A stretch of DNA of 64,000 nucleotides from Dictyostelium discoideum (lineage: Eukaryota). The notes beneath the pieces are model-generated. The model saw only the letters and a program-made list of their open reading frames with translations. It did not search any database and had not been told where the DNA came from. The translations under genes and the position numbers were made by a program. Below, in pieces: positions 13,229 through 26,084 of the stretch. The stretch spans positions 3,680,001 to 3,744,000 of the forward strand of contig CM000150.2 of the NCBI GenBank assembly GCA_000004695.1, in the 5' to 3' direction. The stretch's first letter is position 1. Each line of letters opens with the position of its first letter.

Positions 13229-13864
13229 AAAATGGGATCGTATCTTACTTTTTTTTAAATATTTCTTTATTTTGGTTTTAAAATAATAAAAATTATAAAA
13301 AAAAAAAAATAATAAAAATAATGTATTTGAAAAAAATAATAATAATAATAATTTGAAAAAAAAAAAGTATCTTTTTTTTTTTTCTTTTTTTTTTGGATAT
13401 TTTTTTTTTAAAAATTTAATAATAATAATTTTTTTATTATTTTTTTTTATTTTTTTTTTTTTTTATTTTATTTAATTTTATTTTTTTTTAATTTTTTTTT
13501 TTTTATTTTATTTTTTGGATAAGACTTGCAACCTATATAATCTCACATTATAATTTTATTTTTATCAAAAAAAGATTTGATTAGATAAATATTAAATAAA
13601 TTGAAAAATCCCATGGTTCATAAAAATTAAAAGGGAATTTCAATACTCCCCAATTAATTTTATTTTTTTTATTATTTTTTTTTTTTTTTTTTTTAATATT
13701 ATTTTTTTTTTTAAAATTTCCTTATTTTTTTTTTTTTTTTTTAAATGGAAAAAAAAAAAACAACTTTTTTGTTTATATTTTATTTTCTTTATTGAATTTC
13801 CATTTATGGTTTAATAATTAAAAAATCGTATTATGAACCAATGTTATTTTTTGAAATATGGTCC

Positions 13865-13909
<45 letters not shown>

Positions 13910-13932
13910 GAAAAAAAAAAAAAAAAAAATAG

Positions 13933-13971
<39 letters not shown>

Positions 13972-14687
13972 AAAATATAATAAAATTAAATATATATATA
14001 TATAAACAAGTTGACGTTATCGATAATAGGAAAATCCATGAATGTTTTTTATTAAAATTTTTACTTTTTATACTTGGGTTCTAATGTAACGAAAGCAGTA
14101 GTTCTTCGTTACAATAACTATTTCAATTATTAACTTCAAGTTCATTTATATTAGTTTTATTATAATTATTCATTTCTAAATTAGTTTTATTTTTAATATT
14201 CTTTTTATAGTATAATATTTTAATTAATCTCTTTTCAGTATTTTATGTCAACACATTTTATTTAGTATGAAATGTAAATTAGAATTTTATTATTTTCAAT
14301 TTATTATACTCATCCTTCAAGAGATAATAATATATTAAAAAGAAATAATAAATAAATAAATAATTAAAATTAAATTAAATAAATAAAATTCTAAAAGCTT
14401 ATTAAATTAAATATTAAATAAACAAACAACAATTGAAACAAAACTATAAATATCTCAAATAATAAATTATTTAAAATAGATAAGTATTATAAATTTATAT
14501 TTAAATCATAAAAAAAATTTTAAATTATCAAAAAAAAAAAATTTATTATATTATATTTAAAAAAAAATTATAAATATATAAAAAATCAAAAAAAATTATA
14601 TTTATTATATTATATTTAAAAAAAAGTAATAGCTATTCTTTAAAAAAATTATTATTTTTTCTTCTGTTTGATTTCTTTTTGGTGTTG

Positions 14688-15408
14688 TTATTGCGCCATT
14701 TGGTTTGTTGTGGCAATGTTCTTGGTGTTGTGCTTCTTTGTTTGTGGTAGTGTTTGAATAGCTATTACTTGTTCTTTGTGTTGTTGTGCTTTTGGTTTGA
14801 CGCCTTTTTTTGTGGTAGTTATTGATAATCTTTTGAAAAAAAATACAAAAGAGGATGTATTTTTAATTACAGGTACTTTTTCATTTTGGACTTGTGTTTT
14901 GGGTAATGTTGTATTGTTGTATTTTCTAATGTATGGTTCTGGAAATTTTTTGTGACATTTAATATGATCCAAATATTCATCTTTATTATTAAAACTTTTA
15001 CCACGTATACCATTTGACATATATATATATGAAAGGAGAACTGTATGAGCCAACTTTAAATGAAATTCAAAAGATTGACGTGTGAGAAATTCTTGGCAGC
15101 AGACTTTAACCATGCATTTGAGTTTTTCATAGCCATGTTGAATGTAATGGCCAATCTTTTGGAGTTCATTTTGAGGTAATCAATACCACAGATTTTACCA
15201 TTATCCAACCATGAGCATTCAGATTCAGTATGACTCTCCAAATCAGATCCTTCACATTTGAATGGTTTACAATTATTTTGACGTGCAATTTAATATCACA
15301 AACGGAATTACCACAATCGTTACAAACAGATCTTTCTTTGATATCTTCTTCAACTTCTTCAACAACACCACGTTTTGGATATTCAAATTGAACTTCAGTA
15401 TTATTCAT
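14688..15408 (-). pseudogene. frameshifted Cys/His-rich (C2H2 / CX4CX7HX4C-like) coding remnant inside a GC-richer island (about 14040-15880); possible transposable-element or zinc-finger gene relic
   Basis: Three overlapping minus-strand ORFs in three different frames (15408..15166, 15241..15056, 15113..14688). Together they read as one Cys/His-rich sequence (CNDCGNSVCD, CKPFKCEGSDLESHTESEC, KCMVKVCCQEFLTRQSFEFHLKLAH, HIKCHKKF). No AT-rich intron-like blocks lie between the frames, and base composition is unlike the flanking DNA. Confidence 0.3.
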
Positions 15409-16189
15409 GACACCTTCATTTCTCTGTTTTATAAATGTTAAAAAAATATAGGTAATTTATAATTTTGAAAATTTATATTTATATAATTGTTATCTTACAT
15501 TGATCAAAAGATCATTCAAATGGTACTACCACTATTTTGAAAGTTTTGAGAACTATTGAATAGCAATCAATGCCATCTACATTAAAACTAAATACTCGTA
15601 AGCTATAGAGGTCTGTGAACCAAATTATGCAATCTATTGATTTATCATATGGAATAATATAACCCTGTGATGAATTTAGTATTTTGAATATAGAAAATTG
15701 TATTGTACAACCTCGCCATCATCAATATAATCACCCATGACTTTATATGAGAGAATGGATGCTACAATTTAGTTTATCCAAAAATGATGAGAACTTTTGA
15801 GTTTCATTATATAAAATTAATATGTATAGTTTTCAAATTTTGAAAAGTGCTCAAACTTGAATGGTTTTTATAATATTTATTTTTTTTGTCTTTAAATTAT
15901 ATTTTTCAAATAAAGTTTGGTTTATTAAAAAAATTAAAAAAACTTTTATTTTTTTATTTAAAAATGAAAAAAAAGAGTAGCTTTTTTTATTTAGTTTTTA
16001 TTATTAATAGCGATATTGAAAAGAGTTTAATAAATTTGGAAGAATTGTTTAACGATCAGATAAAATAACCCTATAAATTAGAAATTTATTAAAAGATTAG
16101 TATTTTTGTAAAATATACATATATTTTATTATTTTCTTTCTTTATTTTTTTTCCCCAAAAATAAAAAATGAAAATATTTCAATGATTTG

Positions 16190-16483
16190 TTAAAAAAAAA
16201 AATTAAATATAATTGGTTGTTGACCATTTTCGATAAAAGAAAAAGAAAAGAAAAGAAAAGAAAAGAAAAGAAAAGAAAAGAAAAGAAAAGAAAGAGTAAT
16301 AAGAGTAGGGAAAAGAAAAGAAACGAACCATATTGCGTGAATTATGCCTGGGATCACTCCGATTATAAACAATAAACAGTTTATTACTAATGACTTTCCA
16401 CAGCCCCTAACAAAAAAAACGGAAAGAGGAGAGAAAATGAAAGCTAGAATTAAAAGTAAGATGGTTCCTAAAGCATGTCCCAT
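16190..16483 (-). CDS. Pmp3/UPF0057-family small hydrophobic proteolipid
   Basis: ATG at 16483. Residues 1-55 MGHALGTILLLILAFIFSPLSVFFVRGCGKSLVINCLLFIIGVIPGIIHAIWF match the Pmp3/Lti6 family pattern (..LPP(L/V).VF..RGCG....IN.LLT.LGYIPG.IHA(L/I)). The remaining 40 codons are (TTTTC)n read from the (GAAAA)n microsatellite, so the true C-terminus is uncertain. Confidence 0.55.
   Translation of the reverse strand: MGHALGTILLLILAFIFSPLSVFFVRGCGKSLVINCLLFIIGVIPGIIHAIWFVSFLFPTLITLSFLFFSFLFFSFLFFSFSFIENGQQPIIFNFFF
16236..16300. repeat. (GAAAA)n pentanucleotide microsatellite, about 10 units
   Basis: Direct reading: aaagaaaag repeated from about 16236 to 16300. It lies inside the 3' part of the Pmp3-like ORF on the opposite strand. 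Confidence 0.85.
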
Positions 16484-16904
16484 TTTTTTATTTTATAGTT
16501 TTATATATATATTTTTTTTAATATTTTTTTTTTATGTTAATTAAATTAATAAATAATTATTTTTTTTAATTTTGTTTTATAAACAAGTTGTTTAATTATT
16601 TTATAATATATATTTTTTTTTTAATTTTTTAAATTAATATTTCATTTCAAAACAAATAATTAATATTTATTTTTTAATTTTTTAATTTTTTTCAAAAAAA
16701 AAAAAATCTGTAAAAGAACAATGTTTAATTTAATTATAGTGAAAAATGATTTTTTTTTTTTATTTTAATTATTTAATCTTAAAATTATTAAATACATATT
16801 AGTTAATATGATGCGATATCACTAATATTTTAATAATTTTTTTTTTAAAAGAATAAAAAAAAAAACAAAAAAATTAAAATTGAAATAATATTATAGCATT
16901 ATTG

Positions 16905-17135
16905 TTTAAAAAGAGTAGCTCTTAGGTATCACACGAGTTTTATAAAATCTTTTTTTTTTTTTTTTGTAAATATTAGATATTTGAATTTTTCATTTAAATA
17001 TTATTATTATTATAAAAAAAAGAGTAGCTCTTAGGTATCACACAAGAGTTTTATAAAATCTTTTTTTTTTTTTTTTTAAAAAAATATTAGAAATTTGGAT
17101 TTTTCATTTAATATTATTATTATTTTAAAAAAAAA
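16905..17135. repeat. tandem duplication of a 110-bp unit (aagagtagctcttaggtatcacac(g/a)agttttataaaatc + T-run + atattaga(t/a)atttg(a/g)atttttcattta...)
   Basis: Two near-identical copies start at 16911 and 17021. Each begins with a 5-bp-stem hairpin aagag-tagc-ctctt followed by a 16-18 nt T-run. A third copy of the aaaagagtagct motif sits at 15971. Confidence 0.6.
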
Positions 17136-17370
17136 AAGAAAAACATAACCAATTTAATAAAAATAAAATAAAAACAAACACAAAAGATCTTAAAATTAGT
17201 TCCTTTTCTTTCCAAAATTTTTTATTTTTTTATTTAATATGTTTTGAGTTATAATATATATATTATTTTTTATTTATTTTAATTTTTATTTTTTATTATA
17301 TTCTTTTATTATTATTTTTTTTTATTTTTTTATTTTTTTTTATTTTTTTTTTTATTTTTTTTTATTTTTT

Positions 17371-19160
17371 TTATTTTCTGGTTAATAAAGTAGTTAAAAA
17401 TGGTGCTAAAGATTTCCAAAGTTTTTTAGCAACTATTGGCCAACCAATTAAAAAGAATATCAATGCTAAAATATTGACCCATAAGATAGAACGAGATTGA
17501 GCAGTACCAATTGAATTTAATTTTCTTTCTAATTCACTAATCTTTTCAATCCATTCTTTTTGTTTTTCTCTTGTTCTAATTTCATCCTCTTGAATATTCT
17601 TTACACATTCTTCAAGTTTTGTTAAATATGTATTATCAACCATTGTTGTATTAGTTAATAATGGTGCTGCTGTTGTATTATTATTATTATTGTTATTGTT
17701 GCTATTGTTATTATGATTTAAAGGTGGTGAAGATCTTTGAGTTGTAATGATAGTTGTATTTGTTTTTTGAATTTGTGTGAAAGCATCCTCTAAACCGAAT
17801 AAACGATTATGATTAACTTCAATAATACTCTTCAAATGAGAGATATCATTATTTATATTAATCATAAAGTTTTTAATATCTTTCTTTGAACGTGTATTTC
17901 TTAAACGTTCATTATTACTATTATTATTGTTATTAGAGATTTGCCAAACATCATTACTATCATAAAATTTATCATCGCTTGTTGATTGAATATCATCATA
18001 ATCAAAATCATCTTCATCTTCTTCATCATCTTCTTCGTTTTCTTCTTCTTCGTTAAAGTTTTCATTTCCATTATTATTATTATTATTATTATTTTTACGT
18101 AAATTATCTTCATCATCGTCGTCAGAATTAAAATCTAAATGTGATGGTGCTTTTCTTGAAATATCTGATAATTCTGAATCACTAAAATCTTCTTCACCAT
18201 TACTATTATTATTATTATTATTACCATTTAAACTATTTATATGTTGTACACTATTACTATCATTATATTTTTGTTGTTGTTGTTGTTGTTTATTTGATTT
18301 TTGATTTTCATCAACCATTATTTCGTCATCTTCGTCAATATAATTAGTAATATTCTTCTTACTATTGTTATTATTATTATTATTACTATTATTATTATTA
18401 TTATTATTACTTGATTTAACTTTATTGTTGGTATTATTATTATTATTATTATTATTTTTAACAGGGGTTGGAGTAATTCTTTTTAATTGTTCATTCTTTT
18501 CATATTCTTCAACTTGTTGTCTTACTAAAGTTAACCATTGTTTGAAAGAATCTTCAGTAGTATCATGAACCCAATTCTCTAAAACACCTTTAAACATTGA
18601 ACCATTGTAATTGTTTTTAACAACTATTACAACTTTACATCCTGGTAATGGATTACTAATTGGTGATACTGTCCATTCTGAAACTGATGAAAAACTTTTA
18701 CCAATTGATGATCCATCAAAAAATGTTTCTGATGAAACATATAATGAACTTTTTATTAATATAAAAATAAATAAAAAAAATAAAAAAAATAAAAAATAAA
18801 AAAAAAGTTAGTAAATATTATTGTCAAACACTTAAATGATAAATAAAAAAAAAAAAAAAAAAAAAATTAAAATTTTGAAATAACATACCCATTTTCAATA
18901 TATTTATAATGTTGTACTTCTTTTACTTTTGCTTTATCACCAACCAATCTATTGATTACAGGATTATTTGAAATAAAAGAACAAAAGGAAACTTCTCTTG
19001 TATATCTATTATCAGATGTTGGTGTCCATGCTTTCACTTCTATTTGATTATCACCTCTTGATGAATGATACTTTTGTTTGAAATTTGCATTTTCAAAGAA
19101 AAATGTAAAGAAAGTCTCCACTGAAATTCTAAATTCTTCTTCTAAATTTAAAATTTTCAT
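17371..19160 (-). CDS. VASt-domain (GRAMD1/Aster/Lam-like) tail-anchored membrane protein; join(19160..18889,18748..17371)
   Basis: Exon 1 reads MKILNLEEEFRISVETFFTFFFENANFKQKYHSSRGDNQIEVKAWTPTSDNRYTREVSFCSF...KVKEVQHYKYIENG, a VASt/StART-like sterol-binding pattern. Donor GTATGT (18888..18883). A 140-nt AT-rich intron ends AAAAAG (18750..18749). Exon 2 continues ...VVIVVKNNYNGSMFKGVLENWVHDTTEDSFKQW and ends with a C-terminal TM helix ILWVNILALIFFLIGWPIV. Poly-N and acidic low complexity in between. Confidence 0.6.
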
Positions 19161-19522
19161 TTTATTTTATTTTATTTTATTTTATTTTATTTTATTTTAA
19201 AAAAAAAAAAATATCTAAATATATAAATAGAAATGAATCGGTTTCTTTCTTTTTTTTTTTTTTTTTTTTTCAAAGAAAATACTATTGGAAAAATAAAAAT
19301 AAAAAAAAAATGATTAAACGATTTGGTAAGTCTTTTTTTTTTTTTTTTTTTTTTAAAATACCAAAAACAAAAAAGTTTTTTTTTTTTTTTAAAAAAAAAT
19401 AAAAAATAAAAAAAAAATAAAAAAAAAATAAAAAAAAAATTTTATTTTTTTTTTTTTTTAAAAGAATTTGTTGATGTAATTACATTTTTTTTTTTTTTTT
19501 TTTTTTTCGTAATCATACCATC

Positions 19523-20100
19523 ATGACAGATAATAATAATTTAGATAGTTTAATAATTGATAAAGATGAATATTTAAATAGTCCAATGAATGTGGTTGAT
19601 AAATTATTTAAATTTGATCAAAACAATTTAAATAATGGGACTGTGTATAAAAAGTTTGAAAATGTAATTTCAGAAGATCAAATTTATAAATCAATACCTT
19701 TAGTTTCAACAATTAATCAATGTGATTTAAATAGTGGTAAATTAGTTAAAATTAGATGCATGATTCAAGATATTTTCGATCCACAATTTTGTCCATCTTT
19801 TAATAAAATTAAAAATATTGAAACAAATGAAATTGTATGGTATAATAAAAGTTTTAAAAAATAAATAAAAAATAAAAAATAAAAAAAATAAAAAATACAA
19901 TCTCTCTCTCTCTCTCTTTTAAAATTAAAATACTAATAAATTAATTATAATAATAATAATTATAGAGATTAGAAGCATCAAAATATAAAGATAAAATCAA
20001 TTTAAATGATTGTGAAGAGTTAATTTTCGATTCTTTTGATTCTTCAACATTTGATAAAACTATATTATATTGTATTCCAATACCCTGTGAAAATAAATGG

Positions 20101-20176
<76 letters not shown>

Positions 20177-20781
20177 GTAATGAACAAATTTCATCATCAT
20201 TATTAAATAAAAAGAAAAGAAATATAGATGATGCAGATATGAAGAATGAAAATGATGAAGAAAATAAAAAATCAAAAGATCAAAAATCTACAACCACTAC
20301 AACTACTACAACTTCAAAAGAAGGAGAAGAAGAAGGTGAAGAAGGAGAACAATTAACAAAATCAAAGAAATTATTAACAAATAATAAAATTGATATTAAT
20401 AAAATATTTAATTATCCAATCCCAATCGATTCAAATGATGAAAATAATTTAAAAACACCTTTTATTGTAAATATTTATGATGATGATATTATATTTGATG
20501 AAAATAATAAAGCAGTAACATTTAAAATTAATGAAATCATTGAATTTGTTGGTGTTGTTGCAAAATTTAATCCAACTTTACAACATCAATCCTCTAATTC
20601 TTCAGATCAAGGTGAAACAACAACAACAATCATTGATTTAATGTCAATGTTAGATGTTGATGAAATTTCAACTATTCCAGATACATTAATACCACAATTT
20701 CATGCTATAACTTATAGATATTTAGATCCATATAAATTTAATCACTTAAATCCATTCTCAATAGATACAAATACAACTATA

Positions 20782-20871
<90 letters not shown>

Positions 20872-21813
20872 CCAAATAATAATAATCCAAATAATAATAA
20901 TCTAAATAATAATTTAATTAGAAATGAATTAATTAAATTTATAAAATTATTTATAGTTGATGAATTATTATCAGAATATTTATTATTTCATTTAATATCA
21001 AAAGTTTATTCATTTACATCAGGATTATCTATTGGTAATTTTTCAATGAATATATCAATACCAAATGATAAAGAATTTCAAAGATTACCACAACTCATTG
21101 AATTATTATATGAAATATTATTAGCACGTTCTTATAGATTCTCAATGTCATTAGAGAATTTAAATGATATGGATGTTGTGCCCTATAAAGATTATGATCG
21201 TAATAGAATCGTATCTGGTTTATTACAATTACCAAAAGGTACAAATTTAATATTGGATGAAACTCAATTAACAGAGGGTAAAGTTGAATCACAAGGTATT
21301 AAAGTATTGAATGCTTTAAATACTTTATCAATTCAACAAAAGGTTGAATACGATTTCAAATATCATCCAATCGAAATTCAAACTGATTTACCAACCATTT
21401 CAATCTCTTTTGGCAAATCTTTAATTAAAGGTACAACTCAAATTTCAATTAATAAATCAATTCAATTACCAACCATCAATGAAATTAATCAACAATTGAT
21501 TCATAGTTATAATAATGATAAATTAAATCAATTTAGAAATTATATAAATCATTGTAAAAATTTATCTTTTAAAATCTCTTCACCAACCACTACTACTATT
21601 GCTGAATCTGATGATGCAACTCGTCATATTCAAGAAGATTTTGTAAAATCAAGACAATTAGATTCAAAAATGACTACAGATGTATTTCATTATTGGTTAA
21701 CATTATCAAGATTAGTTGCTTTATCTTTTAATGATCAATATATTAAAATTGATAAATGGAATATAATGAAATCACTTGAAGAAAAAAGAAAATTAACAAT
21801 AAATAATTTATAA
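19523..21813 (+). CDS. mcmbp: MCM-binding protein (MCMBP) homolog; exon 1 19523..19834, exon 2 19965..>20162, main ORF 20239..21813. Reading frame shifts +1 inside an (AAT)n tract near 20160.
   Basis: Exon 1 (...LVKIRCMIQDIFDPQFCPSFNKIKNIETNEI, donor GTATGG at 19835) and exon 2 (acceptor ATAG 19963..19964; RLEASKYKDK...TILYCIPIPCENKWVNNNN) match the MCMBP N-terminus (KFRCMIQDMFDPEFY...TFYCVPVPGESTWV). The 524-aa ORF from 20239 carries the MCM_bind domain. A single extra A (ataAataat) at about 20160 puts exon 2 and the downstream ORF in different frames. Confidence 0.65.
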
Positions 21814-21970
21814 TAATAAATTTTTGAAAAAAAATAAAAGATAAAAACATTTCAAATGTTATTATTTATTAATATTTAAGTTTTTTAGTTTTTGGTTTGG
21901 TTTTATTATCATATTCGTTATGATTTTTTTTATTTATTTTTTTTTTTATTTCTTTTTTTATTTTTTATTA

Positions 21971-23348
21971 TTAAATAGAAGTAATAGCAGTAGTTGAGTT
22001 ATCTAAATCAACATCTTGTTCACTTTGTAATTCATCTTGTTGAGATTCATCTTGATCATCATTATTATCATCATCTTCTTCATAGTATTCTTCATCAGAT
22101 TCACCAAATCTAATAGTACCATCTTCTTCTGCAATGAAACCCATTGATAATTTTTTGGTAACTTTTAATTTTGGTTCAACTGGTGGTAAACTATAATATT
22201 GTTTTGGTTTTTCTGGTTCTTTTTCTTCAACAATTGGTACTTTTTCTTTTTCTTTTTCTTCTTGTTGTTGTTTTTCTTTTTCTTTTTCTTTTTCTTTTTC
22301 TTTTTCTTCTTTCTCTTGTTGTTGTTGTTTTAATTCTTGTTGTTTTAATTCTTGTTGTTTTAATTCTTGTTGTTTTAATTCTTGTTGTTTTTCTTCAGTG
22401 ACTTCTTGTTTAACAATTGGAACTCCGGTTGAAGAAGATTCATCATTCTTTTCTTTTTTATCAGAATCAGATTCTTTTAATTTTTGTTGTTTAGAGATTG
22501 AAAGTGAAGTTGAAGTATGATTCATAATATTTGAAGGGTTAAGAGAAATATTTTCTAAAGAGGAATAAATCGATGGAAGAGTTAATTTATCGAAACCTAA
22601 TGGTGTTGATGGACTTGATGGTGTTTTATCAAACATTCTAAATGTTTTTGATGGAGTGGATGGTTGATGAAAAAATGCTGAAATTGGTGATGGTTCTGAC
22701 ATATTTGAAGAGTTATTATTATTATTATTACTACTATTGTTGTTATTATTATTATTATTATTATTTACAGTATTGTCATTATCAGCACTAATATTGTTAT
22801 TGCTATTGTTGTTGGTGTTGGTATTATTTACATTTTTATTAAATCTTAAAACAACTTTACCAGATGAAATGGTAATTTGTGGTGAATCAGGTGGTTGATG
22901 TAATGAATCATTACCTAATTCAGTACCCATTGGTGATGGGAATGGTAACATTGGTGAGTGATATAATTTAAGATCTTGAATTGGACTTGCTGGGAAATGG
23001 TTGGATGGAAATAATACATTACTGCTACTTGCAACAGCTGGTGTTGAACCAGAATTTGATGAACTAGTTGTTGTAGTTGTTGTGGTAGTGGTTGTAGTTG
23101 TAGTTGTGGTTGTTGGTGTATGTGGTGTTTGAGTTGATGATGATGATGTAGTATTACCAGAAAGTTGTGATGGAGTATGTGGTACGAAATCAACTTGTGC
23201 TGGACTATCAGCTTCATGGAAAGCTTGCTTTGGTGTTGAGAAATAAAGTGGTGGTGTACCATGTTGATGAATATTCATTAATGGATGATTATGAATTGAT
23301 GAGAATGATGCTGGTGATGTGACACTATGATTATTCTTATTATTATTA

Positions 23349-23380
<32 letters not shown>

Positions 23381-23586
23381 CTTTGAATCATCCTCATTGT
23401 CATCATCATCATCATCTTCACCTTCGTCATTGCTATTACCATTATCAGCGATTTGATTGGTATGATAATTTGGATAATTATTGTTATTAGAGTCAGCAAC
23501 TTCATATTCTACTTGAATTTCATCACTATTACTATCAGCTGGATTAGAATTTTCATCATCTTCATCATTACCCATTGATTGATCAC

Positions 23587-23638
<52 letters not shown>

Positions 23639-24077
23639 GTTATTATTATTATTATTGTTATTATTATTATTGTTATTATTATTACTATTATTATTATTAT
23701 TATTATTTTCATGGAATTGTGAAAATGGTAAATTTGGTGATTTGAAAGTTGTCTTTGGACTTTGTGGAACCTTATTATTTGCTAAAATTACTGGTGTTGT
23801 AGTTAATTTCTTTTTATTATTTTTATCTTCTTGTTGTTGTTGTTGATTTTGTGGTGGTTGTTGATTTTGTTGTTGTGGTTGATGTTGTTGTTGTTGGTTT
23901 TGTGGTTGATGTTGTTGTGGTTGTTGATTTTGTTGTTGTGGTGGATATTTAACTTCATTACTATTATTATTATTATTATTATTATTGTTGTTATTATTAT
24001 TATTATTATTATTCATATTCATATTCATATTATTATTGTTATTATTATTGTTATTATTATTATTATTATTATTGTTA

Positions 24078-24115
<38 letters not shown>

Positions 24116-24915
24116 GTTGTTATTATTATTATTATTATTATTATCAAAATTATTATTTAAATTATTATTATTATTATTAATTAATTGAATATCATCGGAT
24201 TGATCAGATTTCTTAGAATTTCTTTTCTTTTTTACATAACCATCTTCAAATTTATGAATATTTCTTTTGTGTTCATTAAGATCGGATAATTGAACGAAAC
24301 GGCTATCACAATCAGCATAATCACAATGGAATGGTTTTTCACCGGTATGTTTATAACGAATGTGATGAATTAAGTTGTATGCACTTTTTAATGGTTTATC
24401 GGCACGGTTACATCCAACCCATTCACAATAGGATTCACTCTTTTTACCTCTTTGTTTCTTTACATGATCAGCGATATGTTCGCCCAAGTCTGATAACTTT
24501 TCAAAGATAGCTCCTAAATTGCAATCACTCCATTTACATTCGAATGGTCCTGGAGGATCTGATGATTTTCTTTTACGTGGTTTTCTATTTACAGTTGTTA
24601 TTTGTTGTGATTGTTGTGATTGTTGAATATCAGTAGTATTTTGTTGTTGTTGTAGTTGTTGTTTTGATGGTGATGATGGTGCATTTGTAGTAGGAGTGGT
24701 GGTAGTAGTTGTAGTAGTTGTAATTGGTTTATTAATATTAGTTGGTTTAGTATCTTCATTCTTTTTACTTTTACTAGTTCTTTTGACTGGCTTCTCTGGT
24801 ACAGCTTGTGATGAAAGTGGTGGTGGTAATTGTGGTTGTGATTGATCACCAAAAATATTTGATGGAGATGGTGATGAATCAACATCACTGCTACTCATAT
24901 ATTCTTGGTCAATAT

Positions 24916-24960
<45 letters not shown>

Positions 24961-25320
24961 GCATGTTATGCATATTATGTTGTTGTTGTTGTTGGTGGTG
25001 GTGATTATGATTATTATGATTATGTTGTTGTTGATCATTATACAATTTTTGTTTCTTATATAGTCTATCATCACCTACTAAAGAAGTAGTATTATTAGAA
25101 ATATTAGATGATTTTGACTTTTGGGATGTTGAATCCCAATATTGGTCAAAATCATCACTAAAGAAACTATTTGGAGTACCATTATTATTAACACTATCAT
25201 TATTATTATTATTAACTTTATTCATCATATTTGGATTCGATGTCATCTCTTTAAATAAATGAGAATAAATCGATTCATCAACAGATTTAATAAAACTATT
25301 ATTATTATTATTATTACTAC

Positions 25321-25372
<52 letters not shown>

Positions 25373-26047
25373 GCCGATTGGTGGTTGTGTTTTAATTGGT
25401 ACATTTATCTTCTTTCTTCTAGAGAGAGTTCTATTGTTACTAACTAAAGATTACCCAAGAGAAACAAAGAGAGGAAAGAGAGGGGAGAGAGGAGGGAGAG
25501 AAAGCCAAAAGGTAAAGATACATAGCAAAGAGAGGGGGAATGGGAAAGCAGCAAGAAGAAGCAAGTACAAACAAAGAGAGGATGAAAAATAAATAAAAAA
25601 TAAATAAATAAAAAAGAAAAGTTAGAATTTGTATATAAAATAAAATAAAATTTTCTTTCAAAAACTTACTTGGATCATATGGATCTAAAAGATGATTAAA
25701 TTTAATATGGCTTGTTAAACTTTGGAAATCTTTTAAAACAACACCACAGTAATCCCAATCACAAGTTGTAAAAGTACTACTTGTACCATTACTATTTCTA
25801 ATATTAATAGTTGGTTTATCCTTGAAATGATCATTTCTAAAATGAATCCAAAATTCAGAGATTGCATAGAAATTACATTCACAACCATTCCATTTACAAA
25901 CAATAGCTTGATGTGATTGTGATTCATCATTATTGTTATTATTATTATTATTATTATTATTTAAATTATGTGTATGATTATTAATACCATTACTATTATT
26001 TAAACTATGAATACTTAAACTACTATTATTGTTATTATTATTATTAC

Positions 26048-26084
<37 letters not shown>

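Noticed and set aside
13480-14120. Possible tRNA gene as a target for TRE-type retroelements near the 14-15.9 kb island
   Set aside because: No GGTTCGAATCC-type T-loop, A/B boxes or cloverleaf-compatible sequence found by eye in 12.2-17.3 kb.
23509-24188. Poly-Ile/Leu/Val ORFs on both strands (23509..23712, 23637..23846, 23831..24160, 23985..24188)
   Set aside because: Alternative-frame readings of the (AAT)n/(CAA)n tracts inside the zinc-finger gene.
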